The notes under the pieces were generated by a model. It was not told where the DNA came from and searched no databases. It was given only the letters and a program-made list of their open reading frames with translations. The translations under genes and the position numbers were made by a program. A stretch of DNA of 64,000 bases from Chlorokybus atmophyticus (taxonomy: Eukaryota; Plantae; Mesostigma and Chlorokybus algae). Shown piece after piece: positions 56,171-64,000 of the stretch (the first letter of the stretch is position 1; every line of letters starts with the position of its first letter). The stretch is taken from NCBI GenBank assembly GCA_009103225.1, contig RHPI01003578.1, forward strand, positions 173,986 through 237,985. Direction: 5' to 3'.

Positions 56171-59100
56171 AAGGATAGCTTTTAAGCTATGATGCCTATA
56201 TGCAATGTAGGGTTGTGATGGCTTGCTGTCAAGCTTGTCGTGTCTACTGTCTGACACACTTGACGGCATATTTTTAGCGTATCTACTACTCTTACAGCAG
56301 TCAGTGAAGTGGAGAGGTGTCTCTGAGTGGTCTCAAAAGGCTGATGGCCTAAGTTCGGACGGCTGAAAATGGCTGCTTTTCAGCCTGTTCTGGCGGTTTG
56401 CCGGCCTCTGACCGCCCTGAGTCTGTGTTGACGTGCTTTGCTGGCCATTTGAAGCCTGTGACGTGCCTTTCAACCTCGCCGCCATCGCCGCAGCGGTTGG
56501 TGGCGAGGTTGTTGTTGTTGTTGGCTGTCCGAATTTAGGCGTTGTGGTAGGCGCCCGCTACGTTGTTGCCTTCATAGCCGTCTTGTGGGGTCGAAGCGCT
56601 CGGCCCGCCAGTCCCGCCGCCACCATGGTGTGTCCTGCTGTCTCTGCTTGCGCCTGGGGTTGTCTGAAACCCTCAACCTGCCGTTGCCTGTGCCTTGCAT
56701 GCACTCTGTGTGTGTGTGTGTGAAGCGTGTTTGTGTTGGTCATTGTGGTGATTGTCTTGTTGTGTGTGTCGTTGTGGTGGTTGTTTGTGTTGGTCTTCTT
56801 CTGTGGTCTTCGGCTTCGGCTGTTGTCTCGTAGGGTGCATGCAAGGTCTTGCTGTTGTTGTGTTGGCCTTTTGTTGTTGTGTTGATGGTGGGTTTGTAAA
56901 GCTGCTGTTGACTGTGACTGTGCAGTGCAGTGCAGGTGTGCTAGCCACTGTGCTAGCCAGGCAGTCCTAACTGGAGTGCTGTGATGCCCTGGCCCAGGTG
57001 ACCCCTGTACATAGCCACTCTGGTAATGTACATCCCCACCCTCGTCATATTCTGTCCAATGCATGCATGCTGCATTGCCAATTGTCTGTTTGCTAGACTG
57101 CACATTGGTCACATTCAGGGTGTGCATTGCATTCATGTGCCTTTGTGCATTGCTTTCACAACACAGCAGGTGCATTCACATTATGGTTGTGCATTGCACT
57201 CATTGTGCATAGGCAAAGCACAAGTAGTGCATGGCAGCTATGTACATGGCAGTGTATGTCCGAATCCAATAGAACTAGCGGAGACCTCTAGCTGCCTGCT
57301 TGAGGTGAAGCAAGGTTCGGGCTGGAGTTGTGTTAGCAATTGCAGCATCAACCACTGCATTGGCCTGCTGCATGTGTCTGGCTGTTGGGGACATGGACAG
57401 ATATCGCGCGGGCTGCGGGCTGCATGTGGGGCTTGGCTGTGGTGTGAGGTTGCGCAGAGGGTCCCTTAGGTAGACTGCATCTTGGGCCTGCGACGCCAAG
57501 TCGATGATGCAAGGCCTCGCCTAAGTGGGCGCGGACGCGGTCGGACACTTTATTCGGCCGCCTCCCACTTAACTCGCGGACCTCGCAAACACCAGCAGCC
57601 AGGCCCCGAAATTTTCGGGGGGCTGGCCGGCCGCTTCCTGTCGACGCAGGGGCTGTCGGCGCCGCCTCTGACAGCCGCCGACAGCGCGTTCGCCGTCATG
57701 CGCCTGCGGTAGCGAACGCGGAAGCTTTTGGCTCGAGCCCAAGCTTCCGTACTCAGCTCCGTTGGCACCACGGCTGAGGCGGCCTCCAGGAGGAGCTGGA
57801 GCACGGTGATGGGACGGCGGCGGCGGCCGCCGCGGCCACTACCACCGACGCCGTTTGGTGGGGCGGCGGTCTTGTCATATGAGTTATCATGCGTTGCGGT
57901 AGTCGTAGCAAGTGCGCTGCTAGTATTAGTGGTAGGTAGAGCACCCTTTTTACGCCCTCTCGCCATGCATGAGTTATTACGGCCACCACTTTCAAGGTAC
58001 ATTGCGGTATCTTATCATCCTCTTCCTCTGCCTCTTCCTCTGCCTCTTCCTCATACGCAATTATACCCTTGTCTCTTACACACTCATGCGCACACACAAC
58101 AACTACCATGGCACACTCGCATGATATCATACTCACAGTCAGTCTCTTATCTTTATATCACACACGCATACAATGTCACTCACGTTTCATCCCTCACACA
58201 CTCAGTCACACATTTGGTCACTCCCCAATGCATTCGCACTCACAGTTAGTAACTCTCAAACGAACGCATTCACACACCCACACGCAGTCAATCACTCATG
58301 CACTTGGTCTCACACTCAATCACTCAATCACACAAGCACACTCCCACTCAGGGACACATGTAAGCACGCACGCAGTCACTCGCACGCTCAGGCATACACT
58401 TGCGCACACGCACACGTACGCCTACCCACCCACCCACACATATATTCACACAAATTTAGCGTACAGTCATGGTCACAACCACGCACGCACAATGAACGTT
58501 ACAAGACGTAACGTGCATAAAGTTGTAATGTTGCTGATGCATATTTACTCATAAAGACTTTGATGAGATCATTGCGGATAAGGCTGCTTCGCGACGCGAC
58601 TTGACGTCCAAGTCATATGTAAGTCATCGCAAAATATAAATGGTTTCTTGCAAATTACCCCAAGACTGGCAGCTCACGCGAGACACCAACACCCAACGAC
58701 CTTACGGGTGACGCTGGGTTGGCATTAGCAACTAAATACTTGCGATGGGTCGCTCACAACGTGCCAGGGCTTGACTATTCGCGCAAGCTTATGGCATGGG
58801 TAAACACTCGTATTTTGTTTAATTGAACGAGCAATGTGTGCAGCTATGGTATGAATTGTAATAATATTATTGCGTTGCAGACGGAGAGCACCTTTTATGG
58901 CATGCATGCCGCCCTGCAAGTGCGCTACCAAATTTCACAAGTGCGATTGCAAGGGATGAGCATCGTCGACAAGAGTAAAGACAACCTAAAGCTATTATCA
59001 TTGCGACCTTATGCTACCGTCCACCAGACAGCAAAGGAGAACATCAAACGTCGACATGAACGGGCTGCGCGTGTTGACCTACGCAAAAATGTAAGCAATG

Positions 59101-59599
59101 CTACATTTACACAGGAGCAATGGTACACTTTCACTGATAACCTTGTGACGCGACACTGCTAAAGCAACGCATGACTTTTTGATAACAACATGGTTATAAG
59201 CATGCATTTTAGCGCTCCGACGAAGGGCGCTACACATATTTGAGCTGTCTATGCCCTTCAAAACGCGTGAAGAATATTGGTACTTCCTGATGTTTTTGTT
59301 ATTTCCATGTTGCCTTTATGTTTAATTATGTGAGCTATTGTGTTACTCATGCAATCAAGCAGGACCATCACCATACATGGTTTCTAGCCATTATGTCCGG
59401 CAATAAAACCTTGAATAATTCACAAACGATGTTTGCTGGCTTCATTTGTGCACGTGACCCGTTGGTGTCCGCAAGGTGCCTTGGCAAGGCATCTTGCGCA
59501 GCGGTTTACCGCCAACGCGAAGCCGTTCCCTGAGCCTCGACGCACCGAAGACTGGAACCTCACCGCGCTTTGGCCCGCCAATAAGGTGACATTTTACAC

Positions 59600-60385
59600 G
59601 CGCAACACATTAACCGCAATAATGCACATACACACGCACGTACTCGCACTCACACATATGCTCACGCACGCACCCACACACGCTGACACTCGTATAGCAT
59701 CAATTAAACACACGCATGCACACGCAGATGCACAAATCCGGTGCTGTGTGTGATTGAGTTACACACACGCACGCGAGCACTCACGCATACTCACGCACAC
59801 ATGTACACACACGCCAGCGCGCACTAAAACATGCACACAAATACAGCATCAGTCACAACATTGGTCTCTCACACGCGCACGCGCACACGTACGCACACTC
59901 ATATAGCATCACTGACACGCGCACGCCCGCACGCACAGCATTAATCACATGAGTATGCATAGCGTCAGTCACACACATGCACGCATAAGCAGCATCAGTT
60001 TCAAGCATACACGCACAACACCAGTCTCACATTAAACAACACTACAGTTACACATCTCTCACACAGCATAGGTCTCTCACACGCGCACGCACGCACAAGC
60101 ATCAGTCTCACACGCACGCACACACGCAGCATTAATCACATGCATAGCATTAGTCATACACATGCACGCATGCACGCACAGCATCAGCCTCTTACACACA
60201 TGCACATGAGTACGCATAGCATCAGTCACACACATGCAGGCATGCACGCTTAAGCAGCATCAGTCACAAGCACACACGCACAACACCAGTCTCACACTCA
60301 ACAACATAACCGTCACACATCTCTCACACAATATAGGTCTATCACATGCGCACGCGCGCACAAGCATCAGTTTCACACGCACGGA
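59600..60385. repeat. CA-rich minisatellite with a ~260-bp internal duplication, inside an intron of the recombinase relic
   Basis: Recurrent GCATCAGTC(T/A)CACAC motif; blocks ~59950-60120 and ~60205-60380 are homologous. Confidence 0.8.
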
Positions 60386-60979
60386 TATTATCACACGCTG
60401 ATGTGCAACTCACTCGTTCATGGCCGACATGTGCAGAGCACGAAAAACCTGTCATACGAGCAACATGCAGAGGCTTGCAAGAACTTCGACTCCTACTTGC
60501 ATCTTACTATCCAACTTGCCTTGACAGTACACGTATGTCATCGTATCTATCCGATGATGAAAATATGCTATGAACTATGAAAATACTATTACAAATACTA
60601 TACATTAAAGAGTTCAGTGCTTACATGATGTAATTAAGGAATTGCATTTACATATCGTGTGTGTACACACTTCATTGAAGTTGTGCTAGACGCGGCGGTT
60701 GTAGTAAGGTATTTGGACTTTGGAATGATTGCATACGTTGCAGGTTGTCGTCATTGATAGCATACAGTGCAATGCATTGTCATATTACGAATCGTATCAA
60801 AATTAATTTTGTTCTCAAATACAAAAAACTAATATAAAATACCCGTATTTATGTCACGTCGTATTCATAATCGTATTTCATATCGTGCAACTACGATCCG
60901 ACTTTAGGAAAGTAATGCATGCACTTTGAGTCGCAGGGGCTCAGTTTATGGATGCTGAAGGCATAGACAAGAAGGTGAC

Positions 60980-60982
<3 letters not shown>

Positions 60983-61066
<84 letters not shown>

Positions 61067-61790
61067 NNNNNNNNNNNNNNNNNNNNNNNNNNNNNNNNNN
61101 NNNNNNNNNNNNNNNNNNNNNNNNNNNNNNNNNNNNNNNNNNNNNNNNNNNNNNNNNNNNNNNNNNNNNNNNNNNNNNNNNNNNNNNNNNNNNNNNNNNN
61201 NNNNNNNNNNNNNNNNNNNNNNNNNNNNNNNNNNNNNNNNNNNNNNNNNNNNNNNNNNNNNNNNNNNNNNNNNNNNNNNNNNNNNNNNNNNNNNNNNNNN
61301 NNNNNNNNNNNNNNNNNNNNNNNNNNNNNNNNNNNNNNNNNNNNNNNNNNNNNNNNNNNNNNNNNNNNNNNNNNNNNNNNNNNNNNNNNNNNNNNNNNNN
61401 NNNNNNNNNNNNNNNNNNNNNNNNNNNNNNNNNNNNNNNNNNNNNNNNNNNNNNNNNNNNNNNNNNNNNNNNNNNNNNNNNNNNNNNNNNNNNNNNNNNN
61501 NNNNNNNNNNNNNNNNNNNNNNNNNNNNNNNNNNNNNNNNNNNNNNNNNNNNNNNNNNNNNNNNNNNNNNNNNNNNNNNNNNNNNNNNNNNNNNNNNNNN
61601 NNNNNNNNNNNNNNNNNNNNNNNNNNNNNNNNNNNNNNNNNNNNNNNNNNNNNNNNNNNNNNNNNNNNNNNNNNNNNNNNNNNNNNNNNNNNNNNNNNNN
61701 NNNNNNNNNNNNNNNNNNNNNNNNNNNNNNNNNNNNNNNNNNNNNNNNNNNNNNNNNNNNNNNNNNNNNTCTCTCTCTCTCTCTCTCTCC
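60983..61790. repeat. (CT)n microsatellite with an internal assembly gap (N 61067-61770)
   Basis: Direct observation. Confidence 0.97.
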
Positions 61791-62509
61791 CTCTGTCCCT
61801 CTCTCCCTCTCTCGCTCTCCCTCGCTTTCTCGCGCGCGCGCGTGCGCGCACGTGCATTTATGCATGCCATGGCAGGTGATAGCGCATATGGGCAATTGGA
61901 ATTGGGACGTTATGGACAAGAGCTGCCTCGAGTTTTTTAAAACCAAAAGGGCTGCTAGCAGCTGGTGGATGGCCAGGAGCTGCACAAAAGGATTTCAGCA
62001 TGTTCCGAAGCGCGCGTTTCATGATGGTTGTATCCGAGGATCGAATCGAGGTCAGTGCTTCCGTTCTTGCGGACATTGCAAAGAGCAGCAACCACCATTG
62101 TAATTTCGGAGCAGGCGTCCATACGCAGCTTGCCCAAGGTCCGTCATTACCTTACGACAATCCTTGTGCAGGACGCTGCAGCATGGTACAACCCGTTAAT
62201 CGGCACGTCATGACCGCCATGCCATCATCAGTGTCAACATGCAGGATCATGTGTTTGTAGCGTTCGAAACTATGCATGGTTACCATTGTGGTAACCATCC
62301 TTGTATGTGACATACAGCGACTTGCCACAAGCAGTTGCAACAATCGCGTTACAGTGACGTTTGGCAATTCGCAACACAGCTGCTAATGGACTTCAGAGTG
62401 CCAGCACCTTATGTATCAAGTTCATCTACCCCTAAAATAGCATTCTACTAGCTCAAGTTATCAATTGGCACAAGGCAGCTAAGGGGTCTAAGTTTTGCGT
62501 ATTAACTTC

Positions 62510-63905
62510 CCATGCATGTGGGTCAATCAAGCTGTGTACTTAAGGGGTCTTAAAGGTTCTACGTTAGTTTTTTGCACTTTAGGTACTCTTCCACCATAAT
62601 ACATGACATCTAGCCATTCAAATGCATGTGCCTCAAGTGGGTGACTTGAAACCAAGTGCCCAAACATTGTCCTGCAAATCGTGGGTTAATTCTTTACACC
62701 TTGGTCGCTAACCATACCACTCTCTCACCATATTACATGTCATCTTGCCACTCACTTGCAGGTGCCTGAGGGTGGGTGAGTCAATCTGAGTGCCATACAG
62801 GTGTTCTAAAGGTTTTAAGATAGTTTTTTGCGCCGTAAGTGCTCTTTTACCAAACTACACATCATCTTGCCACTCACTTGCATATGCGTGAGGTGGGAGT
62901 CAAGGTGAGTGCCTACAATGTGTTCTAGGCTCAATCTCAATTCTTTGCGCTTCAGGTACTCTCTTAACATGTTACATGTCATCCTGCCACTCACTTGCAT
63001 GTGCCTGAGGGTAGGTGAGTCAAGGAAAGGGCCTGAAAGGTGTTTTGCAGGTTGCAGGTTAGTGCTTTGCATTAATAATACTCTTCCACCATATTACATG
63101 TTATGTTGCCACTTGCATCATGATGTGCCAAAAGGTGGGTGAGTCAAGCTGAGTGCGTGAAAGGTGTCTTGCAAAATTTGTGTCGATTCGTTGCACTTTT
63201 ACTACTCTTCCACCATATCACATGTCATCTTACCACTCTGCTACATGTGCCTGAGGGTGGGTGAGTCAAGCTGAGTGCTAGAGTGGTGGCCTGAAGGTTT
63301 CAACATAATGTTTTGCACTTCGGGTACTCTTCCACGATGGTTCATGTTATCCTGCCACTCACCTGCATGTGCCCGAGGGTGGGTGAGTAAAGCTGGGTGT
63401 CTGCGAGGTGTCCTGAAGCTTCTAGGTCAGGTTACAATACTTCGGTTACTCTTCCACCATAATATTAATCATCGTGCCACTCCCTTGCAAGTGCCTGAGG
63501 GTGGGTGGGTGAGTGAAGGCAAGTGCCCGAGGTGTCCTAACGTAACTGGGTTGGTTTCTTATATTTTAAGCAGTCTTCTACCATATTATATGTTATCCTG
63601 CCACTTACTTGCAAGTGCATGAGGGTGGGTAAGTCAAGGCGAGTGCCTAAGAGGTGTCGTAAAGGGTTGGGTTTTTGTACTTCAAGTAATCTACCAACAT
63701 ATTATATGTTATCCTGCTTATCTAGCTGCATGTGTGCCTGAGGGTGGGTGAGTCAAGGCGAGTGCTTGAGAGGTGTCCTGAAGGTTCCGAGTTTGGTTTT
63801 TGCACTTCAGGCTACCAGTAGTACTCTTCCACCATATCACATGTTATTCTACTCACCTGCATGTGCAGGAGGGTGGGTAAGTTAAGCTAAGTGTCTGCGA
63901 GGTGT
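62510..63905. repeat. Diverged tandem satellite, about 11-12 units of ~120-125 bp
   Basis: Recurring TACTCTTCCACCATATTACATGTTATCCTGCCACTCACTTGCATGTGCCTGAGGGTGGGTGAGTCAAG; GTGCCTGAGGGTGGGTGAG-like cores near 62762, 63001, 63247, 63370, 63492, 63735. Confidence 0.9.
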
Positions 63906-64000
63906 ACATATTGTCGTGCCTGTCATGGTCGAGGGCAACCTTGTCTCGCACAGGCTGCAGAGGAGTGCTAGTGCTGCACGCATGCTAGTGCCGTGCACTG

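Larger units (their letters stand above)
58557..62213 (+). pseudogene. Intron-containing Crypton-type tyrosine recombinase (NDC10-II-like domain), decayed
   Basis: Exons ~58557-58799, 58881-59279, 59363-59585, 60437-~60532, 60908-60974 and 61876-~62213 give DLRKNVSNATFTQEQ..RSDEGR..GPSP..LAIMSGNKT..RDPxCPQGALARHLAQRF..KPFPEP..DWN..LSYEQH..KVMHAL*VAGAQFMDAEG..VIAHMGNWNWDVMDKSCL..ILVQDAA. Contains several stops and frameshifts. Confidence 0.8.

Noticed and set aside
57550-58002. Minus-strand ORF with RVRYRRRMTANALSAAVRGG, superficially psq-like
   Set aside because: The rest of the HTH is missing; better explained as the GC-rich antisense of the recombinase 5' region.
60785-60896. CGTAT-rich tract ending ATATCGTGCAACTA, like a hAT/MITE end
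   Set aside because: No partner TIR or TSD found.
62815-63072. LRR-like reading (SPTLRHMQVSG) of the satellite on the minus strand
   Set aside because: Frame is broken by stops and indels between units; no LxxLxLxxN consensus.
62510-63905. CRISPR-like appearance of regularly spaced repeats
   Set aside because: Eukaryotic context, diverged units, homologous rather than unique spacers, no cas genes.

Overview
Eukaryotic, intron-rich nuclear DNA from a green alga (Viridiplantae; chlorophyte vs early streptophyte cannot be decided here), with four N-gaps. Nine host genes can be reconstructed from spliced exons: a GT11/23/37-like fucosyltransferase (truncated by the window start), a bZIP factor, MED6, plastid PNPase, a plastid-targeted GIY-YIG-like protein, APC1, a Canopy/MSAP saposin ending in KDEL, PCH2/TRIP13 and methionine S-methyltransferase. 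Between them are three repeat islands. At 3.9-7.9 kb are stacked LTRs, hairpin elements and a decayed pogo/Tc5 transposase. At 46.7-48.4 kb are LTR relics. At 56-64 kb is an intron-split, decayed Crypton-type (NDC10-II) tyrosine recombinase followed by a ~122-bp satellite. The two most notable signals are absent from the ORF track: (i) the Crypton-like recombinase, visible only after splicing and frameshift correction, and (ii) a hairpin-rich ~300-340 bp LTR family (3 copies) whose conserved three-way junction partly resembles a hammerhead ribozyme (retrozyme-like; speculative). All family assignments are from recalled motifs, not database searches.
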